Source of the DNA: Paragordius varius
Lineage: Eukaryota > Animalia > Nematomorpha
NCBI GenBank assembly: GCA_964247055.1
Contig: OZ176050.1
Span: forward strand, 8,370,001-8,434,000
DNA: 64,000 nt
Direction: 5' to 3'
Shown: piece after piece, positions 43,527-55,262 of the stretch
How the letters are laid out: each line of letters starts with the position of its first letter
Numbering within the stretch: position 1 is the stretch's first letter
Program-made: the position numbers and the translations under genes
The notes under the pieces: model-generated
What the model saw: the letters and a program-made list of their open reading frames with translations, nothing else
Told to the model about the DNA's origin: nothing
The model's database searches: none

Positions 43527-46050
43527 CCAGATAGGCTGTTTTTTGCGGTACAGTACTGGTTCAGAAACAAACTGTGCCTGTACTGCGTCCACTTTTGTAC
43601 TGCCTTTTTGAAATTAAAAAAAATAATTTTTAATACATATTAATTCCCTTTTATTAATTTAAAAAAATTATTTCATAATTAATAAAGTACCCTCTGTAAA
43701 AAACCCATAATTTATAAAGAAATGGTTCATTTTGCGGTAAAATACTAAGATTGGCCTATTTTCAATTGGTTTATATTTTATTTTCTGCTCAAATTATACA
43801 TAAAACTTAGGATTGCAGCCTTTCGCCCAGTGGGAAAACTATAAATCTCGGAATCCACACCGTAAAATTCAGGCTAATGGTTCTTTCACTCGGGGTCCCG
43901 CAAAAAGAGGTGCCTTAAAATTTGAAATTAACAAAATTAATTTATGATATTTTAATAAATGTTTGATAAAGTTTAGAAAGTTTTTGTTTTTATCAACAGG
44001 AAAATTATATAGAAAATTGTTCCGTAACATATTATTTAAAATTTTTTTATATGTAGCATATGATTTCGAAATAATCTTTTTTTCGTATTAAAAAATTCAG
44101 AGTTTTTTACGTTTTCTACATTCATTAGGTGGGATGTATGATATCTATTTTTTTCCTAAACTTCAATTTTTATTAGTTTTCTTACTTTTTGCATGAACGA
44201 ATTTGTATTTTGTTGAAGCGTAGTATAAGCTATTTTGAAGCATGATGGAAACGGTGTAACGCTTTAAGATATAATAAAACCCTTTTTTCAAATAATTCGA
44301 GGTTGTAGAACATTACTAGGAATTTTAATTCAAAGGTTTGTTTGCAAATTTTGGGGAATTTTCGCAAAAAACACAATTTTTAACATAAATTTGAAAACGA
44401 ATAATCACAATTCTAAATGAAAAAATATATAGCATTATCGAATATTAAAAGTTTTATAACATCTCAACCGTTTATATCGTTTCTATCATGCTTAAAATAA
44501 TATGAAGTATGATTAATGTGACCAGATAGGCTGTTTTTTGCAGTACAGTACTGGGTTTTCGAAAAAAAACTGCAACTGTACTGCGCCCACTTTTGTACTA
44601 CTTTTTAAAATTTAAAAAAATTTAACTATTTATGAATATATATTAATTACCATTTATTTATTCGGAAAAAAATATTTTAAAATTTGATATAGTACCCCTC
44701 TGTAAAAATTAACATTGTAAAGAAATGGTTCATTTTGCGGTAAAAAACTAAGATTGGCCTATTTTTAATTGGTTAATATTTTATATTTCCCTCGAATTAT
44801 ACATAAAATTGGATTTTGGATCGGTCAAACCGCTTATGATTGCAGCCTTTCGGGCAGTGGCGAAGCTATAAATCTCGGACTCTACCGTAAGATTTAGGCT
44901 AATGGCTCTTTCACTCAGGGCTCCCGCAAAAGCAAGTGCCTTAAAATTTAAAATTTACAAAATTAATTTATGATATTATATTAAATGTTTGATCAAGTAA
45001 AGTTCATTTTTTGTTATACTTCTACGGCAAATTACATAGAAAATTGTTATTCCCGTAACTATTATTTAAAATTTATTATATATGACATATCATATCGAAA
45101 TATTCTTTTTTTCGTAAAAATTAGGAGTTTTTACTTTTCCGTACTTACTAGGTGGGAGTAGGGTTGTGCATTTGACTGCTTTTTCAAAAAAGTCCGGTCA
45201 GACCTAGTCAGACCATGGTCATGACCACTTTTTACTTAAGTAAGTATCATGCGATATTGGATTTTCAAAATAAGTTGGAATTACACTTGCGTTTTATTAA
45301 TAATGTTATGTTTTTTCTTTAAAGTTTGTATTATACATTTTTTGATATATATTATTTACATATATTTTCAATCGAATTTGATCAAGAAATTGTTTTCAAA
45401 TAAGTTTTGCCACATGTTTGTGGCTTTATGAATCTTCAAAAACTTAGCTTTTATACTGAATATTTCAAATTTTACCTAGTTTGTTTTACACTTTCTTTCA
45501 TTATTAAAATATCCAATTATATGATGTTTTTCATTTTTTTACATATATGGAATTGCATATTTTAAGTGCTATATTATTTTGTATCTCCAAATAACTGGAT
45601 ATGCTTAAATACTTATGTCATAAAGAGACATGTTTAACAATTTTTAATATTGTTAAATAAGCATATTTAAATATTTAATTTTTATTTTTTAAAAAATATA
45701 TTAAAAAACAATAAAATCTTACTATCTCTCTTCCAAAAAAAAATTTACTAGCATTTTTTCAAAAAACAGCTGTTTTTTTCAATGACCATGGTCAAAAAAT
45801 AAATAGTCACCGACCTGGTCGTGACCCGGAACCCAACTCTAGGTGGGAGGTATGATATTACTTAATTTTTTTTACTAAATAATTTTCATTAGTGTTCTTA
45901 TTTTTTGCATAAACTAATTTGATATATTTTGTTGAAACGTACTTCAAACTATATTAAGCATGATCGAAACGGTATAACGCTTTAAGATATAATAAAATCC
46001 TTTTCCTAAATAATATGATGTTGAACATTCAGAATTTTTGTTTTCTAAAA
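43527..46050. repeat. Head-to-tail dimer of a ~1-kb dispersed repeat of unknown class; the second unit is interrupted by a hAT MITE
   Basis: Units begin CCAGATAGGCTGTTTTTTGC(G/A)GTACAGTACTGG at 43527 and 44522 and are collinear (AGAAATGGTTCATTTTGCGGTAAAA, GATTGCAGCCTTTCG, CTAGGTGGGA/TTAGGTGGGA, AAGCATGAT.GAAACGGT.TAACGCTTTAAGATATAATAAAA). A third copy starts at 63470. Confidence 0.85.
45159..45841. mobile_element. Non-autonomous hAT element (683 bp), same TIR family as 60027-61366
   Basis: TIRs TAGGGTTGTG and CCCAACTCTA (8/10 match); perfect 8-bp TSD GGTGGGAG (45151-45158 and 45842-45849); subterminal GACCATGGTC, GGTCATGACC and GACCTGGTC palindromes. Confidence 0.88.
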
Positions 46051-46164
46051 ATATCTTCATTAGTTCCCCTTTCCAACAACCCAATTTGTTTCCAAATAAA
46101 GACTTAAATTTATTGTAAATATCGGTTCTGTGATATAATTCATTAATATATAATTCATTAGTCA

Positions 46165-46640
46165 ATGGGATAGCTGGATCAAATCCATGCCAAATATTAG
46201 AGGAAGATGTCTTTTTGTAATAAAGTACTTTGTTATCTTTAATATTTGATTTACTTCAAGAGTTACAGTTGTCTCTCCTATTATGTGTGAAGGATTATTA
46301 TCATGGGTTTATCTTAAAATAAATGGGTTTTATTTGAGGCTTCCTTATCTTAAACCACGTGCTAAAAATTACTAACGATATGTCCGCCCCCGTGTCGACT
46401 AACATTTTGACGTGGGTCGAGTTTATTTTTACATTTATTTTAGGTTTCTTTACTATATTATTCACATACCTGTTATAGCTGGCATATTTGTTTTGGCATT
46501 GGCTGCCAAAATGATTTACCGAGACATTTGAAGCATTCCTTCCCAAAAGCTGGGCAGCATCCGTATTTGTGAGTGCGACCGCATCTAAAAAACACTGTTT
46601 TATGCTAGATTTGCGTCTAACCAGATATATTTCATTATGC
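46165..46640 (-). mobile_element. Gypsy-type gag zinc-knuckle and aspartic protease fragment (no LTRs seen)
   Basis: Minus strand, with a frameshift: RCGRTHKYGCCPAFGKECFKCLG..NHFGSQC, then INVKINSTHVKMLVDTGADISLV..TWFKIRKP and PLIFGMDLIQL. Confidence 0.85.
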
Positions 46641-47098
46641 TTTACAAAAATTAATTGGAAATATTAAATATTACTTTTATTGGTCGGATTTAAGAAAAAA
46701 AAGTGAACGCAAATTCGGCAAAAAAAGTCCACAAATACAAATTGACTATAAAAAACGTCTTCATCAAATCCTTAATTTGGAGCAAAAGTTAAAAAAAGTA
46801 TAAATCTGTCCACAAATTGCTTTCTATATGTCGAGTATTATAGAAAATTATTTTTGCAGATTACGTAAATTTCAATTTCTTTATATATTATTTATCTAAT
46901 CATATAAAAACAATTGGCGTGTATGTCAATTAGGTTATTCAATATGTCGAGGTTTCCTCTAAAACTGATTCGGGTCTTGAAAAATTGTTGGATAAAATAC
47001 CTTCAGCTATTAATGAGTAAATAAACATAGATTTATTGCGTAATGAAAGATAATCATAATAAAAAATTATGATTTTATAGTGTTTAATTTTACCGTAA

Positions 47099-47830
47099 TC
47101 TATATATTTATAAAAACGGAAAGTGGGCTTTGTGATCTGTTTCCGGAAAACTAGATCCATTCAAATCCAAATATCAAAAAAATATAATCATTAATCAATG
47201 CCCCGACAATCTCCATCTTTTTTTTGAATTAGGCCCCCAGTTGCCCGTGTAAATAACACAAAAATAGTGTCTTTGAGACAATTTTCCAGAAAACGTGTTG
47301 GACCCTTAGATTTTAAAGTGATTCTTTTAAACTTATTTCCAAATGCGCCGAACATAGTCGACTCGCTTTTTTAACTGAGGCCCTTTTACTCACTCCCCTT
47401 GTAAAATGCCATTTTTTCAAAAAAATTAAGTCCACAAAATAATTTTTTAAATTTAAACGTATACTGTAAAAATTTAATGAGGATTCCAGGTATTCAATGT
47501 TAAAAGGCTAAAATGTTAGTCAAGCGTTTCTTTGTAGATAGCTGCTGGGTAAGGAGATACCCGCTAAAATTTGACAAGTTAAATAGGCCCTTTACGTCCT
47601 AAAAAAATGTGCCACCATAGAAGGATTTTTCAGTGAGGCAATTTTTCCAAAAATTTTGAGCATATCGATCAATCATGATTCCAGGTATCCGTAAAAAGGC
47701 AAAAAATTTTATCAAACGTCTTTTTTATAATGGCCTCTGGGTAGGTAACCTGCCTACAACTCCGCCACCATATCGATACAGCTTGCCTTTGGATCCATAT
47801 TTCAGAAAACCTATGAGACTATAATCATTT
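47099..47830 (+). mobile_element. Non-autonomous Helitron-like element, 3'-truncated copy
   Basis: Starts A|TCTATATATTTATAAAAA and is collinear with the copy at 48225 up to ~47825 (GAAAAC.TATGAGACTAT). No terminal hairpin was recognised. Confidence 0.6.
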
Positions 47831-48224
47831 CAAAACTTCGTGCCGCATAATAGAATTGCTTATAAATCAAAAATATTTTATGCTCATTTTTGTCATTCAA
47901 TATTCAAACGAGAAAATCAACACAAATAACATTGTGGTATCATGCTTTTTCAATCTCAAATGTTGCTTTAAGGAATAAGTTATAATCAGACCATTGATAT
48001 CATATAAGAGTCACGTAGGTTAGCAATAGCGAAATAAGAAATAGTTTCATAATTTAAAAATTATACACTTTTAACCTAGCTTTCTGAGAATTTTTTTGTT
48101 ATGATCAATCAGTCTTTATCGATTAACATAAAATCGTATTAATTTATTGTTTTATTATTTATTTATCTATCATATATATAGGATATTGAAAAATATATGG
48201 ATAATAAAACATTATTTATGGTCA

Positions 48225-50051
48225 TCTATATATTTATAAAAAAAAGTGGTGGCTTTGTGATGTGTTTCCTGAAAACCGGTAATTCAAATCCAAATATCGT
48301 AAAAATATAATCATTACTCAATGCCCCGACAATAGCTTCGCCTTTTTTAATTTGGCCCCAGTTCGGGCCCGTGTAAAAAACTGGTTTTTTAAAAACAAAG
48401 TCCACAAAAATCGTGTTGGACCATTCGATTTCAAAATTTATTTAAACTTATTGATTGCGCCGAACAAGGTTGGCTCGCTTTTTAACTAGGCCTTCATTTT
48501 ACCCGCTCCCCCCGTAAAATGCCATTTTCAAAAAAATTAAGTCCACAAAATAATTTTTTGAATTATTTTTCCCACAGTATAAGATCGTAAAAATTAATAA
48601 GAATTACAGGTATTCCCTGTTAAAAGGCAAAAATTTTAGTCAAGTGGTTCTTTGATTAAAACTGCTGGGTAAGATACTGGCTAAAAACTGACCCGTCATA
48701 TCGAAATACCATGCCTTTTGGGCTAAATTTCAAAAAACCTTCCAGGCCATTTGAGTTCAATAACTGCTTAAAATATTACCTGTAACAAGGTAAAAATTTA
48801 GATCGTCCGGTTTTTTTAAAAATTAGCCGTTAATTAGGCCCTTCACGCCCTAAAAATGCGCTACCATTAAACTATTATTTAGTTTTGAAACCATTCTTCC
48901 ATAACTATTAAGAATATATGGAATAAATGATGATTCCAGGTATTCCCGTATAAAGGCAAATTTTTTTATCTAACTATGTTTTTATATTGGCCTCTGGTAA
49001 GGGGGCTACCCGTCTACAACTGCATATCGATACAGCATGCCTTTGGAGCCAAATTTCAGAAAACTTATGAGACTATGTGAGTTAAATAAGGGCCTAAAAT
49101 ATTTATTACCCCTTAAAAACAAATATTTTAGTACAGGAGGTTATTCACGTTCTGAAAATCCGCCGCCATAGTACACTTTTTCGGTTTTGAAGCATTATTT
49201 CCAAGAATAGGAACATATAGACATTATAATTCCAGATATTCCCCATATAAAGGCAAAAATTTTGCCCGACGCCTTTTTATACCTGCCGGCTAAGTACCCG
49301 CCAAAAACTGTGCCACTATATAGAAATGCGTTGTGGATCTAATTTAAAACTTATGCCATATGAACTCATTTAAAATTCGAAATATTACCCGTAACTAGGT
49401 AAAAATTAAGGTCAGGCCTTTTTTATTAGCCGTTAATTTGGGGCCTTTATGCCCTAAAAACACGCCATCATATAACGATTATTTAGTGTGAGGTTTCCGA
49501 ATTACCCATGTTCAAGGATGATTCCAAATATTTTCCCTCTAAAGGCAAAAAATTTAACTTTGCGCTTTTTCCATATAGGCTTATGGGTAGGGCTCTACCG
49601 GTTTAAAACCGAGACACCATACAAAAATGTCATGGCTTTGGAGCTAATTTTTAAAAAACTTAAGAAGCCATACGCGGTTAATAAAGGCTTTAAATATTAC
49701 CCATAAAAAGGTAAAAATTATAGTATAGAGTTTTTCCGTTAGCCGTTAATTTGAGGTCATTACACCAGTAAACATATATTAGTATGTTAAAAAAACAAAG
49801 CTCAAATGCGTACAAATATATATTTTTTATATTTGTACGCATTTCAGCTTAATTTTTTTAATAAATTTCATAAATACAATGCGTAATTCTCTCAACTTTA
49901 ATATATTAGTATGAATGCACCGTTTTGAAAATCCTATAAGATCTATTAAATAATGTTTTGAAATAATCTACATATATGGATCATTTTATTGTCCCTTTTT
50001 TCAAATGCCCCAGGATTAAATCGGTGCGTAGCAGCACGGGATTTACGATAG
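48225..50051 (+). mobile_element. Non-autonomous Helitron-like element with internal ~300-bp subrepeats
   Basis: 5' end A|TCTATATATTTATAAAAA. 3' GC hairpin CGGTGCGTAGCAGCACGGG (50022-50040) followed by GATAG|T, which is CTAG with one change. No TSD. Internal repeats ATTCCAG(G/A)TATTCC...AAAGGCAAAA and TTAGCCGTTAATT (48823, 49426, 49739). Confidence 0.7.
49798..49850. repeat. Near-perfect inverted repeat (23-bp arms, 1 mismatch, 7-nt loop)
   Basis: AAGCTCAAATGCGTACAAATATA-TATTTTT-TATATTTGTACGCATTTCAGCTT. Confidence 0.95.
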
Positions 50052-51220
50052 TTTTAATATAAAACCATATAAATATTTGATGATTAACGAAATTTAAATA
50101 TTTTTTACAAAATTTAAAATAATAGGTTCCTATACATTAAAATAATTAAAATTATTCTTTAATTTAAACTAATGACGTTTTATGACCACACAGATCTTTC
50201 AAACAGCGACAAAATCCAACAGCTACACATGAAACACAAATTCCTAACCCATCGGAAAGCATATTTTCAAAATAATTATAATAAATATTAGATAAACTAA
50301 TCAATTAAATTAATAAAGATGATTTATTTTTAAACGGTTGTTTATTTAAGTTTTGTACCAATTTTTGATTTTATTTGCCAACACACGGGTTAAATCTTTT
50401 ACTCCCCTTATCATCATTTTCTAATGCGCTCGCTTTTCAACATTGTAACTAGCTTGCGCTCTGACTTAAATTGGGGACTCCGTATTCCTATTTCCAACTA
50501 TTCTACCAAAAAATACAAGTAAACTATTTATCATATATAATATTTGTTTTTCCAATTCCACATTTTCCCTTAACTATCCGCTTTTACCCTAATTTCTAAT
50601 TATTTATATCATATTATTTTTATCCAATATAGATCCTCATTTTTTCATCTAAAAACGATGTCCTGGAGTTTATCTTTGTGCCTAAATTGGGCGCCTATAT
50701 ATTTTAACAGCTGGCTTTAGTTAATTTAAACCTAATCCCATCATAAAATTATTCTTACCAAATTTTTATGTTAGATTTATAATTAAAGGTTTTAAATCCA
50801 TAATACTTTTTCTTTTGTACGCCATGAAATTTTGGCTACCCCAGAGCATCTGTTTTGAAAGTAGTTTTGGTAAAAATTTATCAAACCCTCTGCTCCTGTA
50901 TTATACTGAAAACCTAAAATTTTTACAGTCTTTTAAATTCTAGAGTCCCGAATATGAATAGCTTCTAAGGATTGGAAGAACAGCTGTATTGAAATCAATG
51001 ATTATTAAAAATTATCTGGTAAATTTATGAAAACTTCTTAATTATTTATATTTTTTAGCCATAAATTACATATATTTGCCTTTTGTATATGTATTTTAAA
51101 AATTTAAAGAAAAAGTTAGTGGCAAAAAAGTTTAAGATGAGGATTTTTTAATAAGTTTTTTTATCATGTGCAGGCCATAGGAAGCATATTTATGAATTTG
51201 GCACAATGCTAATTATCTTC

Positions 51221-51538
51221 TATACCATTTACAGTCCAAATTAACCCTTGAACAATTCAAATTCCACCTCAAAAAATTTAAATTCACCCTAAAAAACATT
51301 TATGTCTTTTTGAACTAATACAACTCATTATTAATATGAAATATATCTTTATGGCATAGTTCATTATTTTTTTATTATTATTTTAATTTTCAACAAAATT
51401 TAAATTTATAATAATATATTAAAATATATGTAATAAAAAACACATAATATATTTGTGGTGAATTTGAATTGTTTAAGGGTAAATTTGAATTGTTCAAGGG
51501 CGATTTAATTGTTCAAGATGAATTTAAAAAATAGTATA
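51221..51538. mobile_element. MITE with TATACCATTT termini and tandem ~20-bp subterminal units
   Basis: Left end TATACCATTT, right end AAATAGTATA; CCCTTGAACAATTCAAATT units occur in inverted orientation near both ends. Confidence 0.65.
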
Positions 51539-52853
51539 TATTTTTTAATGGCCCTCCAATACTACCCCATAAGGTCCTAAAGTGTTGCTAAGTACATCAA
51601 ATGTTTAACGTAAATATTATTTCTTCAATGTGTTACCAAAATTAAATTTATTTTGCATATCACCAATTACGAATTGTAGATTAATAATAGAGACCCCATA
51701 AGCAACATCGTTGGTTAAATGTAATAAAAGTTGCAACTATATTAAATTGTATCTCTGGACATCAGAGGCACCTATACATTCAAATAAATAATATGTATAT
51801 TATAAAAAGATAAAATTATTACCATTAGTATTCTAAAATTACCGCATTTCCAGGTATAACACCGAAATTCGCACGTGCCTCTTTCAAATATTCATAACAT
51901 TGTTTTACTACCTGGAGAAAATAGCCCTAAAATTGTATAATATACTGACTGACAATAATTTTTATAAAATATATATAATACCTTTCGGGTTATTTTCTTA
52001 ATACAGAGGAATTTAAATTTGTGTCTTTTAAAATACAAATGATATTGGGCTAAAAAGAAAATTATGCATTCCATGGCCTTTGCAGCTTATTTAATAAGCC
52101 TAAGCTTTTAGCCAACAAATATTTTTTCAGTTTATTTGTCAAATGGTTAACAGGTGGCATAAATATTCATTTGTTGCATAATCATACATAAAAATTCAAT
52201 GTATATGGCAAATATTTGATAATTTTTTTACAAATCACCTGTTTGTTTAAAATTTTTCAACATTAACTTTTGGCCGAGAGGTTCTTCAAGTTATGGCAGT
52301 ATTATATATTAACTAGCGTTTGGACCAAAAAATAGCCCAAGATGCTTATTAAAATTTCATTATTGATAAATTATCAGTATGATTCCAACATTTAATATTT
52401 ATTAAAAGGATTTATAAAAATATTTACAAATAAAATTTACAGATATGATTTTACTTTAAATAGAAACGTAAAGATTGCAGTCGGCATTAGAATGATCAAA
52501 TATAGCTGTTTCGAAGAAAAACTATTCTATATGGATATTATAATGAAGCTACTTAACTTAAATGTTTGCCAAATTTTGGGTCCAGTTTGAGCCTAAACGG
52601 AAATTTAATTATTGCTTAAATAATGGTCCTACAAATATTTTTATAATACTATCTTTGGATTTAAAGCATAATAGCATTTTATTAATAAAGCGCCATGAAG
52701 TTTTGCCTTTTTCATTAAGATAAAACAAACCAATTAATTATATTATAAAATTTAAGCCAATGAGAGTTTTTGATTGTTGTTCAAACTCAAAGATTGTTTA
52801 AAATTCTTTCGGCAAAAAAATTAAAGTACGTTTAGTTACTTTACAGAAATGCT

Positions 52854-52855
<2 letters not shown>

Positions 52856-52906
<51 letters not shown>
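52856..52906. repeat. (TA)n(TG)n microsatellite
   Basis: Direct reading. Confidence 0.9.
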
Positions 52907-52907
<1 letters not shown>

Positions 52908-55262
52908 ACTGTGAGCAAAAAAGAGGATCAAAAAAATTAGACAGCTTATGACTAGTGATTTCATTTGTCGCAAAATTATAATTTGTTGACGACCTAGTTT
53001 TTTAAATGTTAAGAAAATCTCGGGCAAAAAGTGAGAATTATGGATAATTTAAAAATGATTTATATGGTTTTTATCTTTTTAGGAGATTTTTTCAATATAT
53101 AAATATAAAATCACATAAATAAGGTTTAAAATCCCAGTTTAAAATGGCGTTTTTCCTTTAACACACCTAAAAGTCAAAATTTATTATAATATATTAAAAT
53201 ATTTTTTAAATTCTTTAATAGCTGAAATGACTATTAAGAATTAACATTTATTTTATACAGTGATATACGTATCCATAAAATTAAAAAATATTGTTTTTTA
53301 TTTTTTCATTTTGTTTCTGGTTTTCTAGTGTCCAAAAATTTATACTGTTTTATTATGGAATCTTACATGAATGGGGTTATAAAAGTAGATTATTTATGCA
53401 AAATAGGATTCAAAACTAGTGGAATATCAACCGACAATTCTTACAAATTCCTGTAACAAGTTTGTAATATTTTACCGAGATATGTACGGATTTTTGGTTG
53501 ATTTTCACTACATGTAAATTTTATTTTGTATTAATTTTTATACTTATACTTCTCGCTCCTCTAAAATACCGTCATAAACCAGATGAAAATGAAAAAATAA
53601 AAGACAATATTTTTAGTTCTATTTTGATATATAAGTTTTTTATTGTAATCTTTAAAAGGATATTAAACCATAATATCTCAACTTTTATTATTATTTTATG
53701 AATTATCCTTTATTGCTTAATTTTCATTTTTGCCCGATTTCAATTTTCTCTCAATATTTCGAAAACTAGGTCGTAAACATAGAAATTTTTACGGCAAATG
53801 AATATGGTCATAAGCTATCTCATTAAAAAATATATTGTTAAATTTTTGTTTTACACATTGTATATATATATATATATATATATACATATATTTGCATAAT
53901 ACTTTATATGCAAAGGTTATAAAAGAACTTTTTGGTAAAAAAATCCAAATAGGATTTGGTAATCCACACTTAAAAATTACTGATCTTTCTTCATCGTATT
54001 TGTTATTTGTCTTTATAATTAGCTAATTAGCTATAATTAGGAAATTTCAAATATTATCTTTTTTTTCAAATTTTTTATGAGGTATGATTCTCAATTTTTT
54101 TGATAAAAAAATGTTGTAGAAACCAACATCAACAATATCTGAAAATTAATTTTTAAGATGGGCACAAACGGGACCCCTAATTCGTAAACGGATAGACGAG
54201 AAAATATATTAATCTACTTTGGAAAAAGCTTTGAAAAACATTGCCAATACAAATAAAATGGCATCGATAATATGGTAGATAATTAGAGGCCACAACAAAT
54301 TTGCACGAATCTAATAAAAATAATGAATTATATTAGATTAATTTACTTGATATTTTACAATGGTTTGGTTTAATTAGTCCAATAAAAATTGATTTTATAC
54401 GAACGAATCCTAAAAATATAAAAAAAATATTTTTTTTTAAAGACAACCATACTTTTTAAATCTTTATTATAAATATAACTGATTTCAAAGTTTGGCACAT
54501 TTGATTATTTTAAAATTTTTATTATTTATTATATAACAAAAATTAAGGTTTAAAAAGTATAGTTGTCTTTTTAAAAAATTATTTGTCTCTTTATTTTTAA
54601 GTTGTTTCCGTATAACTTCAATTTTTAGTGTATAAGTGAACCTTTGTAAGTAACTACGTTAAATTGTTCGAACGGAACTGGAAAATGCATTATTGAAAAT
54701 TAATTAATATAAAAAAATTAAACTATATGTTGTTTTCCTATAAACCCTCCGTGGCTGTATAAAAGGTATGTTTTATGAAGTAAACTTTGACACTGTGATA
54801 ACATTATTGCGACTCGACTCGCTAAACTTTAGACATCAATATTTGACATATTTAATTTAAAATTTTAGATATTTCATAATCTATAAAATATTTCATTCTA
54901 CAACAATAGCATATTCAATTTGAAATTTAATATTAATATTAAGGCTGTCGCCACTTATTATTATATTTTTATAAATGGTTAATAATCCCATAAATTTGTT
55001 TATTATTTATGACAGTAAAAAAATGATTTAATAAAAATTGCTACTTTTCCCTCGGTTCCTTAAAATTAATAATTATTGCATTTTGAATAGAAAATTATTT
55101 TATTTCTACATTATATTGCTAACAATAAGGATTTTACGGCTTAGTATAGTGAAGTACTTCCTATCGTCAATATAGAAAGATTTGTGGAAGTGTTGAGTTA
55201 GATCCTACTTTCGTGGACACAAACGCACCTATATAATTGTAAATACTCATAACTCTTTGTGA

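Noticed and set aside
50170-50960. Purine-rich minus-strand stretch containing a Walker-A-like GKCGIGKT
   Set aside because: The frame has about as many stops as expected for random AT-rich DNA, and no family was recognised.
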